This document shows positions 7,317 through 15,699 of a stretch of DNA of 61,850 nt, one piece after another. The notes beneath the pieces are model-generated. The model saw only the letters and a program-made list of their open reading frames with translations, was not told the DNA's origin and ran no database searches. Numbering within the stretch: position 1 is the stretch's first letter; each line of letters opens with the position of its first letter. Position numbers and translations under genes: made by a program. The DNA lies in IMG/VR virus record IMGVR_UViG_3300032218_001507, positions 1 through 61,850 of that record; one strand, given 5' to 3'. The stretch is from a virus (taxonomy: Duplodnaviria; Caudoviricetes).

Positions 7317-8822
7317 TTAATCTTCTATGGAGGATTGAATAATCTTTGTAACTTGTTCTTCTTTAAGGGCTTCAGGCAATTCACGAAGAGCCTGAGCCTT
7401 GTCTCCAAAGATAGCCGAAAGCACTCCACCCGATGATTGACGGCTGGCTGTAATCTGAATAAACTCTTTATCAGAGTTCATATCATTGACTCGCTCAACC
7501 ATTTTTATTAAACGGTCAACTTCTTGAGATACATTAGGGTCTGCGTATCCGCCGTTCATTTCTTCAGCAAAACGCATAAAAGCAACTCTTTGACCCTGCA
7601 TTTCAATCATTGAAGTCATCAAAGCCTTTAATTGTTCTTTAGTCTTGACCTCAATTGGAAGGTTAAAAGCACAGGTATTGGAAGGCTTGAAAGCGGGACA
7701 GTTGGCGGCAACAAAGCAAGTATCACACTGCCTTAAAGAAGATTGCTGGGTTTGAACAACAGGGATGTCCATCAAAATATCTTTGCCGTTTTCATCTCTA
7801 TCAACAACGGTTTTCATCTTGTACCCAAAAACAGGGAGGTTTTGAACCTCATTTGGGTCTCGCTGAATCAATTCTGAAGAAGAATTTTTCCGCACCTCAG
7901 GAGCACTGTTATCAGAAGGGTACCCTCCTAGTTCCATACCTAACCCTGTGTATAGGGTGTCACTGTTATCAGATACTTGGGGTTCTTTACCACCATCAAT
8001 AATGTGAAAGTTAGGCGTTTTTTTGTCCATGGATATCTCCAACTGTAAGTATGACCAGACCGCAACTCTAGTTGCTTCTAGTGTGTTATCTTGGCTAAAC
8101 CCCAAATAGTCCAGTCCAGCCTTCTCCACAATAGTCTTGTAACGAGGTCTGGCTTGGGCTTTCATGCGCTTGGGATAGCGTTTAATTTGAGTGCCATCCC
8201 AAACAATTGTTTCTCCTCGGCGCATAGGAGATAGCCATGACAATGTGCTTGCTGTGGCAAATGGTATCTGTCTGAGGTTGTCTGGCTTGGCACAAGCAAG
8301 GGCATGGTAGGAAGTGCCAAACTGTCTCTGATAACCCCTTGTAAGGGCTGCTAGGCTGGTTACAGACTCAATCTCATCGTTGGGTATGACCACGTTTTTA
8401 TAAGTCTCAGACATGGCTTTAAGCGCTGGTAAACCGTACTCTTCATGCCATACAACCCAGAACTTTGGGTCATGCTCATAAAACGGTCGTTGGGCTTCTA
8501 CCCAATCTTTGCCCAAAACCAATGAATCAAACTCCATGTAAGCTGAAGCTCGTTCACTGTTATTAACCAAAAACTCTTGATAATCGGCTGCTAAAGAAGT
8601 TAACTCTTCTTTTGAGAGACCTGCCTTCTCAGCTTGAGCTGCGCCGGACTCAATGATTACCTTTGTAGCTGCATCATAGTGTTCACTGATTAGCCATGTT
8701 TTAGTCTTAGGCAATCCTCTTTTGCGCAAAGTCCAATAGTTGAGTCCCATTGACTCAACTTTCTGTCCATCTAAAAGGGTGCGGTTAGAGCCCACTTCAG
8801 CACCGCTGAAGATAATTTTCAT
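7317..8822 (-). CDS. Divergent TGT/DpdA-like TIM-barrel protein fused to a 4-Cys domain and helical C-terminus
   Basis: Motif order IESGA, MEFD, VVWH, YHALAC, PFATASTLSW...RRGE parallels LDSGAF, xLD, PVWH, HLLG, PFxSxDSSSW...RxG of phage TGT-like proteins; CDTC-x5-C-x8-C. Confidence 0.5.
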   Translation of the reverse strand: MKIIFSGAEVGSNRTLLDGQKVESMGLNYWTLRKRGLPKTKTWLISEHYDAATKVIIESGAAQAEKAGLSKEELTSLAADYQEFLVNNSERASAYMEFDSLVLGKDWVEAQRPFYEHDPKFWVVWHEEYGLPALKAMSETYKNVVIPNDEIESVTSLAALTRGYQRQFGTSYHALACAKPDNLRQIPFATASTLSWLSPMRRGETIVWDGTQIKRYPKRMKAQARPRYKTIVEKAGLDYLGFSQDNTLEATRVAVWSYLQLEISMDKKTPNFHIIDGGKEPQVSDNSDTLYTGLGMELGGYPSDNSAPEVRKNSSSELIQRDPNEVQNLPVFGYKMKTVVDRDENGKDILMDIPVVQTQQSSLRQCDTCFVAANCPAFKPSNTCAFNLPIEVKTKEQLKALMTSMIEMQGQRVAFMRFAEEMNGGYADPNVSQEVDRLIKMVERVNDMNSDKEFIQITASRQSSGGVLSAIFGDKAQALRELPEALKEEQVTKIIQSSIED

Positions 8823-9310
8823 TAGTCAGACCAGAGTTCGGCTTCTTTTGGTTTCTGTGCTTGTTCTGACCTAGCCATGTTTACACGGTTAACAGATGCT
8901 TCTATATCTGACCAGCGTCTAACTTTCTTAGGTGCATCTGGACGGTTTTCAACAACAGCAAATCCTGGATGGCTAAAAAGGATTGTTGGCACTCGCTGTT
9001 CTTCAAATACCCAAGCACACATAGTAGGGTCGGCATCTACATACATTTCAATGGGTGCCCTGGAACGGGACATTGTGAACTGTCTCTTTTTTAAGTCTTC
9101 GCCTTCCAGTGCAAAAGAAAAATCAATCAAATCGTCATAGTTAATAATTCCGTGCGATTGCAACCATTGTTTAGCGTCTTCTTCTTTGCGAGAAGTCATA
9201 ATGGCTACACGGTTGTTAATGTTTAGGGCGTAATAAAGTGCCACTCCTGCACGGATAGGTTCTCCTGACTCCGAACTGAGTACGCCGTCTAGTGATACGA
9301 GTATGTTCAT
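8822..9310 (-). CDS. HAD-superfamily-like protein with degenerate motif I
   Basis: ILVSLDGVL (DxDG with first Asp replaced by Ser), IMTSR motif II, K, YVDAD motif IV. Confidence 0.6.
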   Translation of the reverse strand: MNILVSLDGVLSSESGEPIRAGVALYYALNINNRVAIMTSRKEEDAKQWLQSHGIINYDDLIDFSFALEGEDLKKRQFTMSRSRAPIEMYVDADPTMCAWVFEEQRVPTILFSHPGFAVVENRPDAPKKVRRWSDIEASVNRVNMARSEQAQKPKEAELWSD

Positions 9311-9857
9311 AGTTATCCGTTAGAGTCTACGGGAGCCTTTACATCCGCTGAAGTTACGTACTTGTTGTAAGCAGCAACCCAATCTTTAGCAATAGCCTTT
9401 TGTGCATCAGCCAATGAAATCTTGGCAGAACAAATCATGTTTTTTAGTTTAGTCTCAACAACATCTTTCTTACGGGCATTGCTACCAGAGTATGGCTGAG
9501 GCCATAGGTTTTTTGGGTCAGTAGGACTACCGCCAAGTTGCAAGGAGATAAGGTGGTCTTCTTCGTAACCTGATGCTGCTGCTCCGTAGAGAGCAACAAA
9601 TGATTTGTAAGTAGTTGCAAGTTGAGTTGCCTTTAACTTGTTTGTATAAGTAATTGTTGGGCGTACTTTTGAAGTCCAGTTTGCTTTGCATACGTTTTGG
9701 CTAATGTTTGCTTGATTGACTGTAGGGTTAATAACGCCAGGCGTTACTAATACGTTTGGCTTTTCCCAATCAGGCCCTGTAGTAGCAGCCATCGCTCCAC
9801 CAGCAATTAATGCTAGAAAAAATCCAATTACTATCCCTTTTGTTTTCATAGTTATCC
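9306..9857. repeat. 13-bp direct repeat ttcatagttatcc (9306-9318 and 9845-9857) flanking the secreted HNH-like gene
   Basis: Exact match read from the sequence. Confidence 0.85.
9313..9849 (-). CDS. Secreted protein with HNH-like motif
   Basis: Signal peptide; TPG, EEDHLISLQLGG...NLWPQ, KDxxE...C...AQxAIAxDW. Confidence 0.7.
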   Translation of the reverse strand: MKTKGIVIGFFLALIAGGAMAATTGPDWEKPNVLVTPGVINPTVNQANISQNVCKANWTSKVRPTITYTNKLKATQLATTYKSFVALYGAAASGYEEDHLISLQLGGSPTDPKNLWPQPYSGSNARKKDVVETKLKNMICSAKISLADAQKAIAKDWVAAYNKYVTSADVKAPVDSNG

Positions 9858-10784
9858 TTTTGCTCTGTATGTTGCTGCTCGTCTAATTAGGGTCTGAGTA
9901 TCTGGCAGTTCAACGCCATATGTGGTTTCAGCCTGTTGCGCTTTGTATGCTGACCAGTACTCAGACAGTTTACGTAGGGCAGGTACAGTTCCGTATTTCT
10001 TTCCAGCCTGCCATCTATAGTTGTAGAAGTCTGCATAACCTTGTCCATCGGCTTTAAAAGCAAACTTACGTGCGCCATGGATGTCATCATAAAGAGCTGA
10101 GGCTTGCGTTAGAGCAGCGTGTAGTTGTGCTTCTGCATTACGACGTGCTGGGTCATTTTGTGCACCATGCACATCAGTCAATGCTTTGGTGTAACGTGTA
10201 ACAATCTGTGTTGCTACTGATAAATCACGTTTTGCGACTTCATCCCATACACGGTTTTCTGGAGCAGTGGTTTGTGCTGGGTGCACTGTCCATTCGTTAT
10301 GGGTAAGGTCGTATGCTGCATATGGATTAATAGAACGTATATCTGTTGCACCTGGGTTTACATAAAACGTGACTTCAAAACCATTCCAATTTTCGGTATC
10401 TGGTTGTAAGTGGTTACGGAAATCTTCATTGAGCATACGGCTAATTTCTACATCACCAAGTCCTACATACTCTGGATGTGCTTTGCGAAATTGAATATAA
10501 TTAACGCCAATCAAAACGTCTAAATCTCCTGGCTCACGAGCAGCAGACCATTGATAGGAAACTCCAGAACCTGCAATCCATACATGACACCATAAATCTG
10601 GATGCCGATAGTTCTCATTTAAAAATCCAAAAAGAAGTTGCAAGATGCCATTACGTACCCATCCCTTTATTGCTGTTCCTGAAAATAAACGAGGGTCTAG
10701 CTCTTGTTCAGGCGCAGAAAAATAGGAAGTAGGTGACCCTTGAATATGGACAGGGTTTGAGTTACTTCCTAAGTTTGTAAACAT
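9852..10784 (-). CDS. Pol-beta-superfamily nucleotidyltransferase
   Basis: hhAGS-x-x-SYQW...GDLDVLI motif; third acidic residue in FEVTFYV. Confidence 0.75.
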   Translation of the reverse strand: MFTNLGSNSNPVHIQGSPTSYFSAPEQELDPRLFSGTAIKGWVRNGILQLLFGFLNENYRHPDLWCHVWIAGSGVSYQWSAAREPGDLDVLIGVNYIQFRKAHPEYVGLGDVEISRMLNEDFRNHLQPDTENWNGFEVTFYVNPGATDIRSINPYAAYDLTHNEWTVHPAQTTAPENRVWDEVAKRDLSVATQIVTRYTKALTDVHGAQNDPARRNAEAQLHAALTQASALYDDIHGARKFAFKADGQGYADFYNYRWQAGKKYGTVPALRKLSEYWSAYKAQQAETTYGVELPDTQTLIRRAATYRAKG

Positions 10785-10788
10785 ACCC

Positions 10789-11058
10789 TTAGTTTAAGGG
10801 CGTATCTATGCCTCTATCGCTTAAAGCATCAATAATCTTTGCTCGTTTCTCAGCATCTGGGTCTTTTGGCTGTAGAGCGTGGATAACAGTGCGTGCAATA
10901 CGGTCAGCAAGAAGTTGGCTTTCAATGTCTGAAACCAATTCTTTGCTTGTTTGATAGATGTCAAAATTAGTTGCTGGACGTTGAACGTCTTTGGTGATAA
11001 TTTCAGTTGCAATGCTTCCATCATCATTAATAAACACTGCATATGCTGCTTGAGTCAT
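10789..11058 (-). CDS. Hypothetical protein
   Basis: TAATG-coupled ORF. Confidence 0.7.
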   Translation of the reverse strand: MTQAAYAVFINDDGSIATEIITKDVQRPATNFDIYQTSKELVSDIESQLLADRIARTVIHALQPKDPDAEKRAKIIDALSDRGIDTPLN

Positions 11059-11606
11059 TAGTTCATTCCTAACAGTTTTTGTTTACGCTGGTTTACAGCA
11101 ATTGATACGGGACAAAAATTACATAGGTAAGTTTTTGGCCCTGCTTCATCTTGATAACGTGCCATACCTTCTGCTTTACGTTCTTTTGCCGTATTGGGGA
11201 TTAACAGTTTTTCCTTGTGCTGCCAGTCAACACAGCCTTCTTTTGGCTTGTTGTGTTGTTGGTAGCATTTCATTGCGTCTTCTAAAAACATGGAACGAGA
11301 ATCGTAAAAGGTATCGTCAACCTCTGCCAATCCTTTAGAGCCTCCGCCTTTAATCTGACGAATAATTTCTTTTTTTGACTCTAGTTTTGCCCATGCTCGT
11401 AGTGGCAAAACAAACAACTTACCTTTGTGTGGCTCACCTGATGGAAAAACATGTGATTCACAAGCAATTGTTAACAAGTGGTCTTGTTCTGGGGCGCCAT
11501 CATATGGCGGAAGTTCGTCCAGTGAATCGCAAACAAGACAGTACAACAACCGAAACATTGGTTCGTTGTCCATCTTTTTTTCGCCCAAAATAGGTACGTT
11601 ACTCAT
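11058..11606 (-). CDS. Hypothetical Cys/His-rich (Zn-binding) protein
   Basis: CLVC, H..H, CYQQH...C, CNFCP; aggag SD. Confidence 0.75.
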   Translation of the reverse strand: MSNVPILGEKKMDNEPMFRLLYCLVCDSLDELPPYDGAPEQDHLLTIACESHVFPSGEPHKGKLFVLPLRAWAKLESKKEIIRQIKGGGSKGLAEVDDTFYDSRSMFLEDAMKCYQQHNKPKEGCVDWQHKEKLLIPNTAKERKAEGMARYQDEAGPKTYLCNFCPVSIAVNQRKQKLLGMN

Positions 11607-11641
11607 TGTGCTCCTAGTAGTAGTCCGATTATCTTAACGTA

Positions 11642-12022
11642 TTATGCGTTCCAAAGACCTTGTTCTGTTGCATCAGCCTTGGCTTTTTTCTTAGCTGCAC
11701 GGGCTTCCATCTTGTTTTCACGCTCACTCTTTACGCCAATTGCACGGCGAACAATAGACTGATGCTTACCAGTAGATGGACTGTGTGAAACGTCTGGATA
11801 AATCCATCCACCTTCGTGGTGAACAGCAATTGGAGTGTTGTAAGACTTGACGTGGTAGTCAGTAGTGTTTGCTACGTCTGAAAGTTGTTTTGAGAATTGA
11901 GTCCCATTCAACCAACCGTGAGATGATGGTGCGCCTTTGACGCCCTCCATGTTAGAGCCTTTAAACTCTTCTCGTCCTTGGATATGTGGACCAGCGTTTG
12001 TATTTGAAACTCTTTTAGCCAT
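11642..12022 (-). CDS. Conserved-looking phage hypothetical protein
   Basis: SYNTPIA...W...SPSTGKHQS pattern seen in small phage proteins. Confidence 0.7.
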   Translation of the reverse strand: MAKRVSNTNAGPHIQGREEFKGSNMEGVKGAPSSHGWLNGTQFSKQLSDVANTTDYHVKSYNTPIAVHHEGGWIYPDVSHSPSTGKHQSIVRRAIGVKSERENKMEARAAKKKAKADATEQGLWNA

Positions 12023-12195
12023 TATCGTCCCATCGCTTTACTATGCCCTTTACGAGCGCATGATTTGCATACTGTTCCTGCAAAATAACCCATTGGGTCT
12101 TCATGACCACAAGTGGCTTTCATTTTAGACCAATCAGGACTGGTTGGTTTGCGGTTTGCATCACCCGACATATCTGGAACAGATGTTTTAGCCAT
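12022..12195 (-). CDS. Small Zn-binding hypothetical protein (57 aa, not in ORF track)
   Basis: MAKTSVPDMSGD...CGH...CKSC...MGR*; TAATG overlap with the next gene; fills the gap. Confidence 0.65.
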   Translation of the reverse strand: MAKTSVPDMSGDANRKPTSPDWSKMKATCGHEDPMGYFAGTVCKSCARKGHSKAMGR

Positions 12196-12197
12196 GA

Positions 12198-12404
12198 TTA
12201 CTTACCTGGGTTTACCTTATTTGGATATTCAGATGTAATAAAACCATAACCGTAAAAAGGATGCAATGATTGGCGATTGTCTAGCGTCGCTTCATCTCCA
12301 AGACCAGGAATAACTTCTGTATCTGGGCGAGCCTTACGATACTTGCCGTCTGTTGCGCCTTCATTCAATGAGTTATTCATTGAGCGAGATGAGTTAACTG
12401 CCAT
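12198..12404 (-). CDS. Hypothetical protein
   Basis: TAATG-coupled ORF. Confidence 0.7.
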   Translation of the reverse strand: MAVNSSRSMNNSLNEGATDGKYRKARPDTEVIPGLGDEATLDNRQSLHPFYGYGFITSEYPNKVNPGK

Positions 12405-12955
12405 TAGTTTCCTGCTTTCCTGTTGCGACCTTCGTCAGCACGGCGGATATTCTCCGTATGAGCTGCCTTGATGATGTTAAGTCTAGTATTTATTGCTTTA
12501 TGGGTCATGGCTAACAGCTCATCACTTCCCTTTCCAGGGTTAGTTACGAAGTGTTTTGCCTGTCCTAAAGTGGTGTGAAGTTCTGGGGACATCTTTCCAA
12601 TATTGGCATGAATAGCATTAAATGCTTCGTGGGCTGCATGGTGCTCTGGGGAGCCAATTGGGTGTTGAGCCATCGCTGATAGATGAGTACGGGCTGCGTC
12701 TACTGCTGCTTTGATATGTGGGTAACTTCCAGATGAGGCACCTTTGGAAATTGGTTTTTCACCCATACCCATAAGACCTTCAGGTTTTGGTTCTGGTTTA
12801 GGCCCCGCTATTGGAAGAGTGGTGGTTCGTGCTGCTTTCTTTTCTTCTGCAGTTGTAGCCCTAATCTTTCCGTTTTCTCCACGAGTAACGGAAGGAACTG
12901 CAACTTTACCCTCTGCTGTTAACTTTTTACCAGTACGAGTTTTTTTGGTTGCCAC
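12404..12955 (-). CDS. Hypothetical basic, His/Ala-rich protein
   Basis: GTG start; contiguous operon packing. Confidence 0.7.
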   Translation of the reverse strand: MATKKTRTGKKLTAEGKVAVPSVTRGENGKIRATTAEEKKAARTTTLPIAGPKPEPKPEGLMGMGEKPISKGASSGSYPHIKAAVDAARTHLSAMAQHPIGSPEHHAAHEAFNAIHANIGKMSPELHTTLGQAKHFVTNPGKGSDELLAMTHKAINTRLNIIKAAHTENIRRADEGRNRKAGN

Positions 12956-12957
12956 AA

Positions 12958-13158
12958 TTAGACCATTTTTCTTTTAACACGGTCAGACATCTTTTGGGCG
13001 TAACAGTTTTGGCACATACCTTTGCTGTACAACGCTTCTACTGGGTTAAGAACAACGCCACATGCTGGGCATGGATATGAACCTTTATATTTGGTTGCAT
13101 TTTCCGCAATCTGTCGTGCTTGTAATTCCATTGTTTCTGCGCCATCGCCATCAAACAT
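12958..13158 (-). CDS. Small Zn-finger protein
   Basis: ATG at 13158 after aagga SD; CPAC...CQNC. Confidence 0.7.
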   Translation of the reverse strand: MFDGDGAETMELQARQIAENATKYKGSYPCPACGVVLNPVEALYSKGMCQNCYAQKMSDRVKRKMV

Positions 13159-13723
13159 TGCGGTTCCTTTCGCCGTGTGCCTTTGCTTGACCCATACCTG
13201 TGTCATAATCGGCAACTTCTGGTGTACTAAATGCTGTGTATTTTTTGCCTGAGTTTGCTTCTTTTGCAACGCTACGGTCAGCCCCCATAAATGCTACAGC
13301 TGGACGACCTTGTCGTGAAACTTTCCAAGTTTTAGGTTTGTAAGCTTCATTCCATTGAACGTGAGACAACGCTCGTAATCCGCCTTTTTGATACATGTCT
13401 GGCAACTTTGGGTCAAATGCTGATGCATGAGTTGCTTTTGAAATTAAAATTGAATGCTCTGCTGCACGGCGTGCTACATCTTCATATTTAGCATCCGGAT
13501 GTTTAAATACAGAATTAAGTTCACCTTCTTGGTTTACTGCATACCCAGCTAATCCATCAGGTGTAGTAAACATACGCATCTTTTTATAATCAGCAACTTT
13601 GTGTACATCTACCGCAGCACCGTTAGGGTTTGCTTTTTTTGCACGCTGAATAAACGCTTTAAAATGTCCAGCTTCTTTTGGCGAATACTCTACAAAATGA
13701 GGAAAGTTATCTTCTTTAGACAT
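13151..13723 (-). CDS. Putative GNAT-fold acetyltransferase-like protein
   Basis: DGxAGYAV...GELNSVF...AFDxxLPxxYxxxG...WNxxYxPxxW...PxVxFM resembles GNAT-like modules of phage polyvalent proteins. Confidence 0.45.
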   Translation of the reverse strand: MSKEDNFPHFVEYSPKEAGHFKAFIQRAKKANPNGAAVDVHKVADYKKMRMFTTPDGLAGYAVNQEGELNSVFKHPDAKYEDVARRAAEHSILISKATHASAFDPKLPDMYQKGGLRALSHVQWNEAYKPKTWKVSRQGRPAVAFMGADRSVAKEANSGKKYTAFSTPEVADYDTGMGQAKAHGERNRNV

Positions 13724-14085
13724 TACACACCGCCTAAATCATTGCGGGCAGTGCCACCGTACCCTGCTGGGCTACCAGAAAACCAAGAAATACGTGGCTC
13801 ATGGTATTGACGGTCAACTGTGACTACATCTTCAATTCCGGGTGAGCGACGGTCTCCGTAACCATACCGTTCTGGGAACAAACGAATCTGTGGCAGTGGT
13901 GGACGCACCATTGCTTGAATATCTTTTCCGGGAATAGTAGCAACCATTAGGGCCTGTTGTGTTAGGCGCTCCATATTGGTTGCCCATGGGCCCAAGTATG
14001 ACCAACGTTTTGCAACCTGGTCAGGTTCTATCGGTGCTCGCCATGGCTTGGTATGGTCGTAAACTCCGTCAAATTTTTGTGTCAC
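13723..14085 (-). CDS. Hypothetical protein
   Basis: GTG start; contiguous packing. Confidence 0.7.
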   Translation of the reverse strand: MTQKFDGVYDHTKPWRAPIEPDQVAKRWSYLGPWATNMERLTQQALMVATIPGKDIQAMVRPPLPQIRLFPERYGYGDRRSPGIEDVVTVDRQYHEPRISWFSGSPAGYGGTARNDLGGV

Positions 14086-14086
14086 T

Positions 14087-14620
14087 TTATCTCCAAGCAG
14101 GTTTCAAATAAGCCAACATTGCTTGACGACGTTCATTGATTTGTCCTGGCTCTGTAGCAATAGTGTTTGCTTTGCCGTCGTTGACAAGGTGAGGAGCAGG
14201 AACCAAACTAACTTCTGGTGCAGCACGCATTGTTTGATAGACATTGGCGCCATTAATATTAACTCGTGTTGCTTTCATTTGACGTTCAATACCTGACATG
14301 TCATTCATATCCATAGGCCAAAAATACATAGATGGCTCAATGCGCTCACCTTTGTGTACGCCACGTTGATATGCTTTTTGATTGACACGACTTTTGATTG
14401 AGTCTAATAAGCGGTCATCACGACGTGACCGAATAGTTCCTAAATAACCATCTGGATATTCTGCAGATGGAACACGACCAACACCGATGCGAGACGCATC
14501 CATGGAGTCACGTGCTACAGGAGTTCCTGCACCACCTTGGTTGTTATAGCCATAAAGACCATTGCCACCAATAGACTGCCAGTTTTGTTGAGGAGAATAA
14601 TTATTTACTCCACCAGCCAT
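14087..14620 (-). CDS. Hypothetical protein
   Basis: ggaggt SD; TAATG coupling. Confidence 0.75.
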   Translation of the reverse strand: MAGGVNNYSPQQNWQSIGGNGLYGYNNQGGAGTPVARDSMDASRIGVGRVPSAEYPDGYLGTIRSRRDDRLLDSIKSRVNQKAYQRGVHKGERIEPSMYFWPMDMNDMSGIERQMKATRVNINGANVYQTMRAAPEVSLVPAPHLVNDGKANTIATEPGQINERRQAMLAYLKPAWR

Positions 14621-14868
14621 TACGCACCTCCAAAACTAGCACCTTTGTCAGATGATGGTGGTTGTATTGTTGGTGTATCATCAAAATTTAAGGTTGTACT
14701 ACGGGTCTTTGAAGAGTAAGAAGCAGGAGAAGTTCCTTCTTCATTAGACTTCCAAGATGTTCTTTGAGCTATAGAACCTGTTGTTGATTTACTCAACGAC
14801 AAAGGAGCTTTTACTCTGTGCTGTGAGGCACTAAGAACAGAACCGTAGTCAGAACCTGAATCAGTCAT
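14620..14868 (-). CDS. Hypothetical Ser/Thr-rich protein
   Basis: TAATG coupling on both sides. Confidence 0.65.
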   Translation of the reverse strand: MTDSGSDYGSVLSASQHRVKAPLSLSKSTTGSIAQRTSWKSNEEGTSPASYSSKTRSTTLNFDDTPTIQPPSSDKGASFGGA

Positions 14869-15314
14869 TAGAGAGAGTTTTTCATCCCATTATTAAAATT
14901 GCCTGCTTGACCATTTGCTGCTGGAACAGTTTTTGCATTTGCCATTGTTGGACCAGCTTCTGGTGCAACAGTTGGGTATGAAGCAGTGACACGGTAACGT
15001 GCGCCCATACGCTCTGATGCTGCTGCGTTATTAACAAGCATGTTGCTTCTATTGGCTTTGCCACCAGCAGTTGGGTCTGCTGCTTGTGTATTTTTCTTAG
15101 CAATTTTAGTACCACGTGATGGTGCAGCAGTTGTTGCTTTTGCAGCATCCATGCCCATGTAACGACGTGCGCTAGTCTTATGTTCTGCAGAAGCAATTAC
15201 TTCTTCTGGTGTCATGTGATTTCTTGTCATTGATTTACCTGCTGCTTCTAGGTGATTTGAGGGTGCGCCCATGCGACGACGCATTGCGTGACCCATTGAT
15301 GTCCATGCTGCCAT
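14868..15314 (-). CDS. Hypothetical Ala/Met-rich basic protein
   Basis: aaggag SD; upstream cgTATCCT -10-like element. Confidence 0.75.
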   Translation of the reverse strand: MAAWTSMGHAMRRRMGAPSNHLEAAGKSMTRNHMTPEEVIASAEHKTSARRYMGMDAAKATTAAPSRGTKIAKKNTQAADPTAGGKANRSNMLVNNAAASERMGARYRVTASYPTVAPEAGPTMANAKTVPAANGQAGNFNNGMKNSL

Positions 15315-15352
15315 GATGACTCCTTGCGTTTGGTATAAAGGATACGGTTGTT

Positions 15353-15646
15353 TTAGCTTGCTGTAATGTGAAAAACAATGGCGGAAATTTCGCCGTCTCT
15401 TGATTCAATGGTGGTAAATCCTGGTTTATCGGTCAAATCCATGCCACGAGGTGCCACATATCCACGGGCAATAGCGATGGCTTTAACTGCTTGATTTACT
15501 GCTCCTGCACCTACAGCACGCAACTTTACTTCGTGTTTATCATAGATTGCATGGGCAATTGCGGAAGCAACGCTTTGGGGATTGGAACTTGCGCTTACTC
15601 GTAGAAATGGCTCTTCAGTTGTTTTAACGTCTGGTGTGTCGCTCAA
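15353..15646 (-). CDS. spoVS: SpoVS-family (Alba-like) nucleic-acid-binding protein
   Basis: LRVSASSNPQSVASAIA...AVGAGAVNQAVKAIAIARGYVAP.G.DL..KPGF, the SpoVS signature; TTG start after aagga. Confidence 0.92.
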   Translation of the reverse strand: MSDTPDVKTTEEPFLRVSASSNPQSVASAIAHAIYDKHEVKLRAVGAGAVNQAVKAIAIARGYVAPRGMDLTDKPGFTTIESRDGEISAIVFHITAS

Positions 15647-15699
15647 TTGTTAGTCCTTTGGTTCGGTTTGGTGTGCCACTCCTAAACCAAAGGATACGT

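Noticed and set aside
7317-8822. Canonical 7-deazaguanine (dpdA + folE/queCDE) DNA modification
   Set aside because: No precursor-synthesis genes in the window and key Asp positions look altered; kept only as TGT-like
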